A stretch of 64,000 nt of DNA. Origin: an uncultured Actinomycetota bacterium. GTDB lineage: Bacteria; Actinomycetota; Thermoleophilia; RBG-16-64-13. Every line of letters begins with the position of its first letter. Position 1 is the stretch's first letter. This document shows, piece after piece, positions 17,810 through 28,266 of the stretch. The translations under genes and the position numbers were made by a program. Location of the stretch: NCBI GenBank assembly GCA_963790415.1, contig CAWBOK010000003.1, positions 404,409 through 468,408 on the forward strand, read 5' to 3'. The notes beneath the pieces are model-generated. The model made no database searches and was not told the origin of the DNA. It saw only the letters and a list, made by a program, of their open reading frames with translations.

Positions 17810-18114
17810 GCCGTCTGGACCTCCAGGCTGAGCCTGATCCGCAGGATGGCGCCTTCCTGCAGGGGGATGGTCCAGGCGGGCAGCAGGGCGGTGCCCTGGT
17901 AGATGCGCTCGAAGCCGTCGTCGCTCTGCGACACGGTGACGATGCCGTAGCGGTGCAGGCAGACCGGTCCGGCGTCGCTCCCGGCGTGGTCGTCCCCGGC
18001 CCCGGCGTCGGCTTCCCAGCCAAGCCGGACGGCTGAGGTCGCGCGTCTGGTCTACCAGCTCCACCGACCGAGCTCCCGGGTGGGAGGCGATGCCGGCGAG
18101 ATGGGGGTGCTCGA

Positions 18115-20152
18115 CTACGGCTCCGTCGACCATGACGTACCGCTCGGTCGACCAGCCCGCCAGCAAGGTGAGGTCCACCTCGGGCGCGAAGAGGATCTCC
18201 CCGCGCCGGCAGCGCCGGCGGGAGTGGCGGCCGTCGCGGCGCAGGCGCCCCCGATCTCCACGCGGTACGTGACGGCGAGCGAGGGTTCGCCGGCAGCACC
18301 GAGCCGGTATGTCTTCTCGATGCGTACCTCGTGGCCGGCCGCCGTGCCGGTTCGGGAGAGCTGGACGCGGGAAGGACGATCCGCACCGTCTTGGCGGGTG
18401 TCGGCAGGAAACGCAGGCGCGTACGGGACGTCGAGGAAGTCGCCGAGTTCGTCCGCGCGTCCCTCGTGGATCGCCGCGGTGGTCGTACTCACAGGGAAGA
18501 AGTGATCGAGGAACGCGCCTCGGGCGTGTGTGTCTACGAACAACAGGTGCTCGAGCCCCGGCTCTTTCATGCGGACGCCCTCGTGGATGTTCTGGGGGGC
18601 GTCCTCGCCGTCGGGTGCTTCGGCGCCGGCGCCCGCCTGCGGCGGGCCGGCGTCGCCTGCGGAGGTCGTCGAGAGTGTCGCCGACGCGGGCGTCCGCGCC
18701 GCGAGGCTCCTCGAGGACACCATGCTCCGGCTCGCGGCGGCGGCGGAGCACGTCGAGCAGAGCGGAGGCCGTCGGCAGGTGGTCGAAGGCCGCGAGGGCG
18801 CCGCCGCGGGCCGGCCGGATGACGGCCACCAGGTCGCTCGAGCGCAGGATGACCTCTTCGGCCGCGTCTAGATCGAGATCGAGGACCTCGAGCGCCGGGC
18901 CCGCGGCCGGTCCCAGCAAACGCTCCGCGGCGAGCAGGTCGGCGTATGCGGCTTGGCGTAGGTGTGGCAGATAGAGGCCGCCGAAGACCCCGTGCCAATA
19001 GGGGTCGTTGCATTGCGCGCGCAGCACGTGGTCCCAGGCGAGCAGGGCGTCGGGCAGCGCTTCGGCGCCGCGGCCCGCGTGGGGCCGGTTCGTGTCGCGA
19101 AAGGTATCGGCGCCGTGACGGGGCGCCACGCCCAGCTTGTCGAGCCGTCGCCGCACCCGGCCGCTCGTGTAGAGCATCCGCTTGTGCAGCAGGTTCGCCT
19201 CGTCGTAGCGCACCAGGAAGTTGCGGAAGAATCCCCCCGACCACTCCAGCATCTCGGCGTATGAGCATGTTGGTACGTAGATGCGACCGAGGGGTGGGAA
19301 GGCGCGGCGGTAGTCGCTCAGTGTGGTCAGGCGCAGTCCGCCGCCGTCGACGGCCTCTTCGAGGGAGCAGAGGAATCGCTCCAGCCAGCCGTTCTCGTAG
19401 ACGTGCCGATTGGTGCCCGCCCAGCCGCCGAACTTCTCGCCGTCGTCGTCATAGACGGCCAATGGTGGGGGTGCGGTGGGCGGCAGCGATCCATCCGCCA
19501 GCCGCGCGAGCCACGTCTCGCGCAGGTCGGCCAGGTGAGCGATGGTCTCTTCCGGCTCGTGGAACGGTATGAGGTAGCGCAATTCTTTGCTGATGGGGAA
19601 CAGGTCGAACCGCCATCCCTGCTCCTCGGTGACGTAGTAGCCGGCGGTGTCGGCGGGATCGACCCCGGCGGCCAGGAAGTGGGAGTCGTCGAGCACGGCG
19701 TACTCCAGCCCGGCCTCGGCCAGCACGCGGGCGAGTTGCGGCTCCCAGACGCGTTCCGCTATCCAGGCGCCGGTCGGCGTGAAGCCGAACTGTTCCACCA
19801 GGTAGCCGGTCATGCGGCGCAGCTGTTCCCGCTTGTCGTCGTCGGGGATCAGCGCCAGGATCGGTTCGTAGAAGCCCCCGCCCTTGAGGTCGAGACGTCC
19901 GGCGGCCACGAGAGAACGCAGGCGGGCGAGGTACTCGGGCTTCTCCTTGGCGAGCCACAGCAAGAGAGGTCCCGTGAGATGCAGAGAGAACGGCACGCGG
20001 GGGTGCCGTTCCATGACGTCGAGGAAGGGTAGGTAGGCTTGTTCATAGTGCTCCGCATAGACCCAGGAGAAGTTGCCTGTAGGCTGGTGGTCGTGGAAGC
20101 CCAGCGAGAGGTAGACGGCCTCCGTATCAGTCGGTGCCTGTCGTCTCTCCAT
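18115..20152 (-). CDS. GH57-family glycoside hydrolase (branching-enzyme-like) with one frame change near 18700
   Basis: The N-terminal 480 aa sit in the frame of ORF 16805..20185 (YLSLGFHDHQP..., second domain to DLVAVIRPARGGALAAFDHLP). The C-terminal domain EHLLFVDTHARGAFLDHFFPVS...YRVEIGG sits in the frame of ORF 18115..18723. The 1126-aa ORF read through to 16805 is an artefact, since its middle 250 aa are Arg-rich wrong-frame sequence. Confidence 0.55.
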
Positions 20153-20456
20153 GCGGCTCCCTGTCGCGCGAAAGTTGGAACTCATACTGTCGGCCCACGA
20201 CCATGCCCCAGAGAAGTGCTCCGGTCAAGATGTCCTTCAGTCCGATCACCGTAGCTACCACGATAACGACCGGAAGGAGCAGGATCGGATCCCTGCCTCC
20301 CGCCCGCTTCTCCACGTCCGCAGGATCCATCCCAAAGGCTATCGCCGCGACGAGAGAGAAGACCACGGCTGCGGCGATGTGCCACCACGATGCCCCATTC
20401 TCCCACGGGAGGACGCTCTCCAGCGCGGTCAGGCCGACGGCGGCGACATACAGCAC
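20127..20456 (-). CDS. small membrane protein
   Basis: Three predicted transmembrane helices in 109 aa, ordinary composition. Confidence 0.35.
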   Translation of the reverse strand: MLYVAAVGLTALESVLPWENGASWWHIAAAVVFSLVAAIAFGMDPADVEKRAGGRDPILLLPVVIVVATVIGLKDILTGALLWGMVVGRQYEFQLSRDREPHGETTGTD

Positions 20457-20521
20457 CCATCTTTCCCGCCTGCTTATGGCGTCATCGCGCTGGGCTCGGC
20501 GTCACGGCGCTGGGCTCGGTG

Positions 20522-21733
20522 TCACGCATACTCGTCCATGGCGTGCAGGAAGTTCTTGTAGACGTTCTGCTGCTCGGTCAGTATGCGGTCGGGGCCCAGC
20601 TCCCACCATTCATCGGGGGTGAAGTAGGCGGAGACCTCGGCTTCTGAACCGCTCCGGCCGGCCCATTGGATGAGATGCAGGTTGTCCGACTGGAGCAACC
20701 ACAGCGCAGTGTCGAGCAGCGTGGCGTTGCCGGTGAGTTTGGCCTTGTTCAGCACCGAATGCATCAGGCGGTAGATCGCCTGCTGGGCGTCGTTCCCCAG
20801 GAAGAACTCCATGCCGTCCGGATCCGGCCCAGGTGGTTCCGAAGGGTGGCAGTGGCAGGTCGGGGCGATGTTCTCCGAACCGGTCGAGGGCCTCGCTGGG
20901 CAGTAGGCACTCGATGTTCTGCGCTGCGTAGTTCTGTCGGCAGGTGGCTCATGAACGAGAAGATGCCGGTGTCGACATTGTGGTGTTCGCCGAAGGTCTC
21001 GTAGTCCCAGCCGATGAAGACCAGGTCGCCCTCGGCGCGCTCCCAGCATGCCGGCGTAGGTGTCGGCCTTCAGCGGGAAGCCCGACCAGGTGCGGTTACT
21101 GAAGCGATAGCCCACGTCGTCGGAGAGCTCGTGGTGGCGGCACAAGAGCCCAAGGTCGCGACCGTCGTAGTCGTAGATGTAGGTGGGTTCCCGCCACTCC
21201 ATGACCCAGGGGCGGCCGTCCAGGACGGCACCCCGGTACCCTGCCTTCAGCAGGGCGAAGTAGATCTCGTTGTTCATGCACATCTCGGTGGTATCGGTGA
21301 CGCGGATCTCCTTCTGGAAGTAGTCTTCCGCGTAGGTCTTGCCCCGGAGCATCTCGCTCTGGAACAGGCCGATGTCCAGGCCGAAGCTGAAGCTGTGGTA
21401 CGGCTCGACTCCCACCAGTTCGCACGACGGATGAGCCACCAGGCGGCGGAACTTGTTGGCGAGGCGGCGGTCCCAGCGGCGCAGCTGGTGCAGGAAACTC
21501 ACCGAGAAGCCCAGGCCCAGCTTGTAGCCGTCATCGAGCATGCTTTGGAACATGTCCGTGGCCGGGTGGTAGCACCAGCGCGCCACCTTTTCGAAGTAGT
21601 GCCGGTTCATGGCCTCGTCGAACAGGTAGGGGGCCATGTCTTTGGGCGCGGTGCCCCGGGGGATCACCTGAGCCGGCAGGAGGAGTCTTCGGGGCTGGTG
21701 CACGACGCAGTAGGTGACGAGGTTGCGGGCCAT
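20522..21733 (-). CDS. GH57-like glycoside hydrolase with compensating frame changes in 20850-21050
   Basis: N-terminal 230 aa (YCVVHQPRRL...FSNRTWSGFPLKADTYAGM) and C-terminal 95 aa (MEFFLGNDAQQAIYRLM...) are in the ORF frame. The middle of the ORF reads Arg-rich sequence, while GWDYETFGEHHNVDTGIFSFMSHL and RQNYAAQNIECLLPSEALDR are found in the other two frames. Confidence 0.5.
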   Translation of the reverse strand: MARNLVTYCVVHQPRRLLLPAQVIPRGTAPKDMAPYLFDEAMNRHYFEKVARWCYHPATDMFQSMLDDGYKLGLGFSVSFLHQLRRWDRRLANKFRRLVAHPSCELVGVEPYHSFSFGLDIGLFQSEMLRGKTYAEDYFQKEIRVTDTTEMCMNNEIYFALLKAGYRGAVLDGRPWVMEWREPTYIYDYDGRDLGLLCRHHELSDDVGYRFSNRTWSGFPLKADTYAGMLGARRGRPGLHRLGLRDLRRTPQCRHRHLLVHEPPADRTTQRRTSSAYCPARPSTGSENIAPTCHCHPSEPPGPDPDGMEFFLGNDAQQAIYRLMHSVLNKAKLTGNATLLDTALWLLQSDNLHLIQWAGRSGSEAEVSAYFTPDEWWELGPDRILTEQQNVYKNFLHAMDEYA

Positions 21734-21748
21734 GGAGCCTCCGGCGGG

Positions 21749-23219
21749 CTAGGTTTCGCGATGCTCTGACGGCGCGGCAGTCGGCTTCTTGTTCGGCGCC
21801 GCGGCGGGGGACGTCGGGTCCACAGGGAGTCGACCGACCGCGCGCCCGCCGTACGCGGCGGCGGCCTGGCCGGGCAGCGACGGACCGCCGGGTGACGTCT
21901 GTGCCGCTGTCCTTTCGTCGACGGCCTCTCCATGGACGTCCTGCCGCACGGCCACGTACTGCAGTTTGCCGAGAAGCGTGTCTTCGATGATGGTGGCCCA
22001 CGAGAAGCTGGTGGCTGTGGCGGTGGCCTCGCGGCGCATGCGCTCGGCCACGTCGGGGTGGTCGCGCAGATACTGCAGGGCGATGCAGATCTCGGTGGGG
22101 TCGTCGGAGTCGAGCACCACCGCGTTAAGGTACGGCACGGCGTAGTCTTCGCCCGTGGAACCCACGAAGGCGAGGCCGCCCGCGGCCATCACTTCCAGAC
22201 CCACGAGGCCGAAGGGTTCGTGGCCCGAGTTCGCCAGCACCGCGTCGGACGAGCCGTAGAGCAGGGCGACCAGTTCGTCCGACATGAAGGTCTGCACGTT
22301 GTAGATGTCCGCCGCGGGCGCTTCGGCGAAGGCCGCGAGGGCCCCGTCGAGGTCGCGGGGCAGACGAAGGTCGACGATGGAAAGTCCGCGTGCGTGCGCG
22401 TTGTGCAGCACCTCGAGCGCATGTGGTTCGACACCGCCCCGTATCACCAGTGTGATGTCGCGCCCTAACTGACGCTCCATGGCCAGGGCGTCTACGGCCA
22501 TGTTCCAGCGCTTGTCAGGGCTCCAGCGTCCGATCTTGAACAGTAGTTCCTTCCTGCCGACAGCCCCTCGCAGCCGCAGTATCGCTTCATCCGACGGACG
22601 CACGACCCGCTCGAGAGGGATGCCGTTGGGTATCACGAGAGGGTTGATCCCCCTACCCCACATGACGTGCTTCATATATCGGGAGACCGTGGTGATCTGG
22701 CTGCAGTAGCCGAGCCGAGCCCAGTCGATGCGGTCGAAGCCCATGACGTTGTTGGCGTTCCACAGGATCACCGCGCGATCCCGGAGACCCGCCGACCAGA
22801 GCCGGTCGGAGAGCAAGGCAGGTAGAGTACGCGGTGTGCCACTCCTCTGCGAGCACGGCGGTGAGCACGCCCTTCTCCGCCGCGGGCCGCACGAGTTCGT
22901 CGACCACGAAGCCCGGCAGGGTGGCGTTCCACTCGGCCAGTTTGGACTCCTCGGCTTCGTAGACACCGCCCCGATGGTAGGCGGAGAGCCACTGGCACCA
23001 GCGGTAGAGGGTGAGGTTCTCCCGCGGATCTTCCCGGCCGGGGAGATCAGGATCGCCCACGAAAAGTAGGTGCGTGCGAAAACCCTGCCGCGCGAGTTCC
23101 AGAGCGAGTTCTTTCATGCGTACGCCCAGACCGCCTGCCATCGCGTACTCGTCGGGGCCTTCGAACGACAGGAGCACGAACTGCAGCGTCTCCGGCGTGA
23201 GCCGTGGTAGTGAGAGCAC
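21749..23219 (-). CDS. GT4-family glycosyltransferase (glycogen/alpha-glucan synthase-like) with one frame change near 22730
   Basis: N-terminal half from ORF 22653..23219 (VLLSFEGPDEYAMAGGLGVRMKELA...EEWHTAYSTC). C-terminal half from ORF 21749..22966 (LSDRLWSAGLRDRAVILWNANN...EPFGLVGLEVMAAG...). Confidence 0.65.
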
Positions 23220-23376
23220 GGAGCCTCCTCCAGCCGTTTCCTCTACGAATCCTCTCTGCGAACGGCACTAGGATACCCCAGCGTGTGAGCTACTAACCCG
23301 TGCCCGTCCCCGGGTTTCGCTTCGACGCTAATGCGGAATGTAACTAAGAGACGTAGACGCGGGGGAAGGAGAGGCG

Positions 23377-23580
23377 ATGTCCGCTAATCGACATGACGTG
23401 GGAACGGTTCCGTCGGGGCTCTTGCAGGAGTATCCACACTTCCAGGCCCATATGGACGAGGTCGGAGATGAGCTTGGCCGGATCGTCCGGTGGGGGTATC
23501 TCGCGTGGGTGGCGTTCTGGGTGGTCGCATTGTCGGTGCTTGCGTTCGCGACTGTGGTCCAGGGCCCAGTAGGCTTCTGA
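23377..23580 (+). CDS. small membrane protein (67 aa)
   Basis: RBS GGAAGGAG upstream, hydrophobic C-terminal helix, lies in a lower-GC intergenic island. Confidence 0.3.
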   Translation: MSANRHDVGTVPSGLLQEYPHFQAHMDEVGDELGRIVRWGYLAWVAFWVVALSVLAFATVVQGPVGF

Positions 23581-23604
23581 AGGTGACAGAGATGTACAGG
23601 AAGG

Positions 23605-23648
23605 TGTAGCTGTACAACGTACAGGTAAGTGTAGCTGTACAACGTACA
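23605..23648 (+). promoter_or_regulatory. two tandem copies of a 21-nt element, GTGTAGCTGTACAACGTACAG, each containing the perfect palindrome CTGTAC-aac-GTACAG; putative operator
   Basis: Direct repeat and dyad read from the sequence, lying upstream of the -35 element of a promoter-like sequence for trpB2. Confidence 0.45.
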
Positions 23649-23659
23649 GTTGTTCTCTA

Positions 23660-23700
23660 TGTCCACTATGCCTTGACGGGCTGCTGTGCCTGGGATATTT
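23660..23700 (+). promoter_or_regulatory. sigma-70-like promoter (TTGACG - 17 nt - TATTTT) upstream of trpB2
   Basis: Sequence ttgacgggctgctgtgcctgggatatttt in an AT-richer stretch about 45 nt before ATG 23743. Confidence 0.4.
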
Positions 23701-23742
23701 TGTATGCTCCGATTACCGGTGTCGCGTACAAGGGGGATCAGA

Positions 23743-25107
23743 ATGGCGACGAAGTATCTGCTCAGCGAAGACCGCATGCCCACGTCCTGGACCAACCTGA
23801 TCGCGGACATCGTGGGTGCCGGACTCCCCGGCCCGCCACCACCGCTCCACCCGGGAACGCACGAGCCTCTCCAAGGGCCCGATCTCGCTCCGCTCTTCCC
23901 GATGGCTCTGATCATGCAGGAAGTCAGCGCCGAGGCTTCGATAGAGATCCCGGAGGAAGTGCAGGAGATCTACAAGCTGTGGCGTCCGACGCCCCTTATC
24001 CGTGCCCATCGTTGGGAAAAGGCGCTTGGCACTCCGGCGAAGATCTACTTCAAGTACGAAGGTGTGAGTCCGGCAGGCTCGCACAAGCCCAACACCTCGG
24101 TGCCGCAGGCGTACTACAACAAGCAGGAAGGCATCAAGCGTCTGAGCACCGAGACCGGCGCCGGCCAGTGGGGCTCGTCGCTCGCCTTGGCTACCTCCAT
24201 GTTCGGCCTTGAGTGCTTGGTCTACATGGTCAAGGTCTCGTACTACCAGAAGCCGTACCGGCGCAGCATGATGGGCGTGTGGGGCGCGACCTGCATCCCC
24301 AGTCCGTCGGATACCACCGACGCCGGCCGGGCGATGCTCGAGAAAGACCCCGATTCCACCGGTAGCCTGGGCATGGCTATCAGTGAAGCCGTCGAAGTGG
24401 CGGCCAAAGACGACAACACGCACTACGCCTTGGGTAGTGTGCTGAACCACGTCATGCTGCACCAGTCGGTCATCGGGCAGGAAGCCCTGATGCAGATGGA
24501 AGATGCGGGAGACTATCCCGACATCGTCATCGGGTGCGCGGGCGGCGGCTCGAACTTCGCGGGCCTGGCCTTCCCCTTCATCGGCCAGAACCTGAAGAAG
24601 GGCAAGAAGACCCGCATCATCGCCGTGGAACCGGCGGCCTGCCCGACGCTCACCAAGGGTGTGTACGCCTACGACTTCGGCGACGTGGCCGGCATGACGC
24701 CACTGCTGAAGATGCACACGCTGGGTCATGACTTCATGCCGGCCGGCATCCATGCCGGCGGTCTGCGCTATCACGGCATGGGCCCGTTGGTGTCGCATGC
24801 CTACGAGCTCGGACTGCTCGAAGCCCAGTCGTTCCCGCAGAATCCCTGCTTCTCCGCGGCTCTGAGCTTCACCCGCAGTGAAGGCATCATCCCGGCGCCT
24901 GAGAGCTCACATGCTCTCGCGTCCGTCGTGGCCGAAGCGGAAGCCTGCACGCAGTCCGGCGACGCGAAGACCATCATCTTCAACCTGAGCGGCCATGGGC
25001 ATTTCGACATGGCGTCGTACGACAACTACATGGCCGGCAACCTCGAGGATTACGCGTATCCGGAAGAGAAGATCAGGGAGTCGATGGCGCACCTGCCCAA
25101 GATGTAG
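23743..25107 (+). CDS. trpB: tryptophan synthase beta chain, TrpB2-type (PLP-dependent)
   Basis: TrpB2 N-terminal signature ([15 protein letters not shown]...[16 protein letters not shown]), PLP lysine region (GSHKPNT), intact 454 aa. Confidence 0.85.
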   Translation: MATKYLLSEDRMPTSWTNLIADIVGAGLPGPPPPLHPGTHEPLQGPDLAPLFPMALIMQEVSAEASIEIPEEVQEIYKLWRPTPLIRAHRWEKALGTPAKIYFKYEGVSPAGSHKPNTSVPQAYYNKQEGIKRLSTETGAGQWGSSLALATSMFGLECLVYMVKVSYYQKPYRRSMMGVWGATCIPSPSDTTDAGRAMLEKDPDSTGSLGMAISEAVEVAAKDDNTHYALGSVLNHVMLHQSVIGQEALMQMEDAGDYPDIVIGCAGGGSNFAGLAFPFIGQNLKKGKKTRIIAVEPAACPTLTKGVYAYDFGDVAGMTPLLKMHTLGHDFMPAGIHAGGLRYHGMGPLVSHAYELGLLEAQSFPQNPCFSAALSFTRSEGIIPAPESSHALASVVAEAEACTQSGDAKTIIFNLSGHGHFDMASYDNYMAGNLEDYAYPEEKIRESMAHLPKM

Positions 25108-25141
25108 GTCGTCACGCCTGCAGCGGCGGGAAGGCTACGGA

Positions 25142-25166
25142 TATGAGAACGCGAGGGGCCCCGTCG
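25142..25166. terminator. bidirectional GC hairpin GAGGGGCCCC-gtcg-GGGGCCCCTC between the convergent trpB2 and vapC genes
   Basis: Perfect 10-bp inverted repeat read from the sequence. Confidence 0.45.
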
Positions 25167-25247
25167 GGGCCCCTCGTTGCATGTGGCGACCGGGGTGCCT
25201 CGCTCCCCGCCCGGTCCGCGCTGCGGTCTCCCGCGCACGTCCTAGCC

Positions 25248-25664
25248 CTACAGTTCGTACGGCACGAAGACGAACGCATGGCGTTTTGGAGAGAAGTCGC
25301 GGGTGTTTCGAGTCGCCAATCGGAGTCCGTGGGTCATCGCGAGAGCGGCTTGAATCGCGTCCGGCATCTTCCACCGCCACGTACGGCGGAGTCGGCCTGC
25401 CACGTCGGCGGCCTCGCGGTCGAAGGAGAGGGTTGGGAACAGATCGAGGAAGCCCAGGCCCAGCTCTTCCTGATCCTCGGTGAAGCCGCAAAGCACTTCG
25501 GCGCGGGTGATCACCGACACGGCGCTGCGCGATCTCACCGAGCGCAGGAACTCCGTGGCCTGCGGTATTCCGTTCAGATGGTCGATCAAGATGACCGAAT
25601 CGAGAAGGAAATTCCACGACGGCGCGCCGGCTTCCGTGGCAGCGGTTCCTTCCGAGACTACCAT
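25248..25664 (-). CDS. vapC: PIN-domain toxin VapC
   Basis: PIN-fold acidic residues (LLDSVILID...ITRAEV...DAIQAA). Overlaps the upstream antitoxin gene by 7 nt. Confidence 0.7.
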   Translation of the reverse strand: MVVSEGTAATEAGAPSWNFLLDSVILIDHLNGIPQATEFLRSVRSRSAVSVITRAEVLCGFTEDQEELGLGFLDLFPTLSFDREAADVAGRLRRTWRWKMPDAIQAALAMTHGLRLATRNTRDFSPKRHAFVFVPYEL

Positions 25665-25888
25665 TCGGCCCGGATCTTCCGCTGGTACTCCAACCCCTCG
25701 TCCTGGTGCCAGATCCCGCTGGTCCTTGCCAGAAGGTCATCGCCTGGACCTGCGGCCTGCTCCGATTCCTGCCGCTGCCTATCGATCAGGTTGCGGATGA
25801 GCGCCGCGGCAGACACATTGTCGAGGCGGGCCCGTTGCTCCAACCACTGTTTTTCGTCCGGCGTCAGGCTTATGATCGTGCGGATCAT
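25658..25888 (-). CDS. vapB: VapB-type antitoxin (ribbon-helix-helix)
   Basis: 76 aa, MIRTIISLTPDEKQWLEQRARLDNVSAAALIRNLI RHH motif, immediately upstream of vapC. Confidence 0.65.
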   Translation of the reverse strand: MIRTIISLTPDEKQWLEQRARLDNVSAAALIRNLIDRQRQESEQAAGPGDDLLARTSGIWHQDEGLEYQRKIRAEW

Positions 25889-25977
25889 CGGTATCCCTGC
25901 TGGCTAGATATCACTGAGCAAACGAATGATATCACCAAAGTCTGGTGTTCGCCCGCCGGCGGGATTCCGGGCGCGGA

Positions 25978-26925
25978 TCACTCCGTGGTGTCCAGCAGAC
26001 TCATCAACTGACGGGCGTTGCGGGGCGCGTAGTCGCCGTAGCAGTTGTTGAACATGGCGTACGTCACCGTCGTCTCGTTCGCCAGTTGCAGCAGCGGCGG
26101 AACCCACTCCGCCAACTCACGTTCCGCGTAGTCGTACTTGAACCGTTCCGCGGCCGAACTCACCCGAGCGTGCCAGGTGGTGGCGTTGCGTCCGTGGAAG
26201 CGCACATAGCCGATGTCGCTGGTCGCGGCGGTCAGCGGGGGCAGTACACCGGTCGAGTCCAGCCGGGGTTCGTCCACGCCGACGTAGGTGAGGCCGAGGC
26301 TTTCGAGGAGGTCCAACGTGTGCTCGAGTTCCTCCGGACCGACCCACGAGGCGTGTCGGAACTCCACCGCCACTCTGTCTGGCGACAGCAGGGACGCGGC
26401 GTGGGCTATGTAGGCGCGGTTGGCGGCGTTGGCGACAAAGTAGGGCGGGAACTGCATCAGGATGACTCCGAGCTTCCCGGCCTCGCGCAGCGGGCCGAGG
26501 GCCGAACTGAACCAGGCGAACACATCCTCGCGCAGGCCGGCGGGCGGATGGATGACGCGGCCGTATCGGTCGAGTTCCAGGTCGTGGATGGTGCGCAGGC
26601 CGACAGGGAGCTGCTCCGGCTTGACCCCGTGCCGGGTCAGCATGGCGAACGCTTTGATGTGGAACGTGAACCCGGGGGGCGTGCGTTCGGCCCACAGGGC
26701 GGAGTTCCGCTCCGAGGGGAGCCCGTAGAAGCTGGAGTCGACCTCCACAGTGTCGTATCGTTCCGCGTAGTAGCGCAGGCGGTCGGTGGCACTCTTCGCC
26801 GCCGGGGGGTACCACGCCGCGACCATGGTGCGGTCGGTCCAGGAACAGGTGCCTACACGGATCACGCCTCGCCCAGCGGGCGCGCGGGCGGGGTCGGCGT
26901 CGCCGCCGCTGAACGGCCCGCTCAT
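25978..26925 (-). CDS. DUF72 (UPF0759) family protein
   Basis: GTCSWTD...FYGLP...FHIKA...GVILMQFPP signature. The Arg-rich 5' extension of ORF 25978..28044 is rejected. Confidence 0.7.
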   Translation of the reverse strand: MSGPFSGGDADPARAPAGRGVIRVGTCSWTDRTMVAAWYPPAAKSATDRLRYYAERYDTVEVDSSFYGLPSERNSALWAERTPPGFTFHIKAFAMLTRHGVKPEQLPVGLRTIHDLELDRYGRVIHPPAGLREDVFAWFSSALGPLREAGKLGVILMQFPPYFVANAANRAYIAHAASLLSPDRVAVEFRHASWVGPEELEHTLDLLESLGLTYVGVDEPRLDSTGVLPPLTAATSDIGYVRFHGRNATTWHARVSSAAERFKYDYAERELAEWVPPLLQLANETTVTYAMFNNCYGDYAPRNARQLMSLLDTTE

Positions 26926-28235
26926 GCCGCTCTGGGGGTGGGCGCTTGTACGCCTTGGAGCACCACGAGACCGGCAGCCACCAGCACGACAAGGGAGGCG
27001 AGCGCAGGTCGCTGGTTCCCCGACAACGACGACACCGTTCCGAAGAGCAGCGGGCCGAAGATCGCCGACACGCGGCCCACAAGAGCGTAGAAGCCGAAGA
27101 ACTCCGCCTCCCGGTCGCGGGGAGAGAGTTGGGCCATGAAACTGCGGCTGACCGATTGCAGCGCGCCCGTCCCCACCCCCGCGAGCAGCGCGATCAGGAC
27201 AAACGTGCTGTAGCCCCGGGCGACGGCGCCCAGGACCATGATCACCAGCCAGACGCACAACGATACGCTTATGGTCGGTTTCGCCCCCACTCTGTCGGCC
27301 AGTCGGCCTACGATAAAGGATCCGGGTATGGCCGTGAACTGAGAGATCACGTACAGGCTGACGATCTGAGGCAGGCTGAGGCCGATGGTGTCGCGGGCGT
27401 AGATGGCGGTGAAGGCGGTGAGGGTGGTGATGGCGTCCATGTAGAGCAGGTAGGCGACCAGGTAGCGGAACAGAGGGCGATGCCCGCGCCGGAGTTGAGA
27501 GATGTCCTCGCGCAGGCGGGCCAGGCTGCCGGTTCGTCGCGCAGTGACCGGCGCTTCCGCTGTGAACGCGCCGCGCGCCGGTCCGCCGCGGTCGCGCACG
27601 TACACGAAGGTCGGTATGCAGAACACGGCCCAGAACACCGCCACGAACACGAAGAGGGCCTGGACGTTCCCCAGGTTGGCCGTATCGAAGCCGTTCCAGA
27701 AGAAGGGCAGCGCTCCGAGCAGGGAGAGCAGGGCCCCGACATAGCCCGCCGCAAAACCCAGGCCCGACACGGCGCCGAGGGTGCGCTCGCCGGTCACCTC
27801 GGGCAGGAAGGCGTTGTAGAAGACCTGCCCTCCCTGGAAGCCCACGTTGGCCACGATGAAGAGCAGCATGCCCCACACCACCATGCCTTCCTTGACAGTG
27901 GCGAGGAGGGCGGTGCACACGACGGCCACCGCTGTGTAGGCGATAAGAAGGCGGCGCTTGGCACCGGCTGCGTCGGCATAGGCACCGGTGGCGGGGGCGG
28001 TGAGTGCGACCAGGATCATGGAGATAGACCCTGCGAGTCCCCACAAGAAGTCGCCCGAGCGGGCGCCGGCGGCCACGACGTCCTTGAAGTAGGTCGCGTA
28101 GCCGACTGTGGCCACCAGGACTACGAAGGGAGTGTTGGCAAAATCGAAGGCCGCCCAGGCCAGGACCCTGCGATCGCGGAACGGCGACCGGCTTGGCGAT
28201 CCGATGAGTGGTTCGGCGGACATGATGATCGTCAT
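26922..28235 (-). CDS. MFS transporter
   Basis: 12 predicted transmembrane helices, MFS loop motifs, ATGA start-stop overlap with the DUF72 gene. Confidence 0.75.
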   Translation of the reverse strand: MTIIMSAEPLIGSPSRSPFRDRRVLAWAAFDFANTPFVVLVATVGYATYFKDVVAAGARSGDFLWGLAGSISMILVALTAPATGAYADAAGAKRRLLIAYTAVAVVCTALLATVKEGMVVWGMLLFIVANVGFQGGQVFYNAFLPEVTGERTLGAVSGLGFAAGYVGALLSLLGALPFFWNGFDTANLGNVQALFVFVAVFWAVFCIPTFVYVRDRGGPARGAFTAEAPVTARRTGSLARLREDISQLRRGHRPLFRYLVAYLLYMDAITTLTAFTAIYARDTIGLSLPQIVSLYVISQFTAIPGSFIVGRLADRVGAKPTISVSLCVWLVIMVLGAVARGYSTFVLIALLAGVGTGALQSVSRSFMAQLSPRDREAEFFGFYALVGRVSAIFGPLLFGTVSSLSGNQRPALASLVVLVAAGLVVLQGVQAPTPRAA

Positions 28236-28266
28236 TCTACGGTACACTTCAAGGCAGGATGTGCGG

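Noticed and set aside
16805-20185. 1126-aa minus-strand ORF that would be a giant GH57 fusion protein
   Set aside because: The middle 250 aa are poly-Arg/Pro wrong-frame sequence. Conserved GH57 segments on either side resolve into two separate genes (start ATG at 17809 for the downstream one), with further frame changes.
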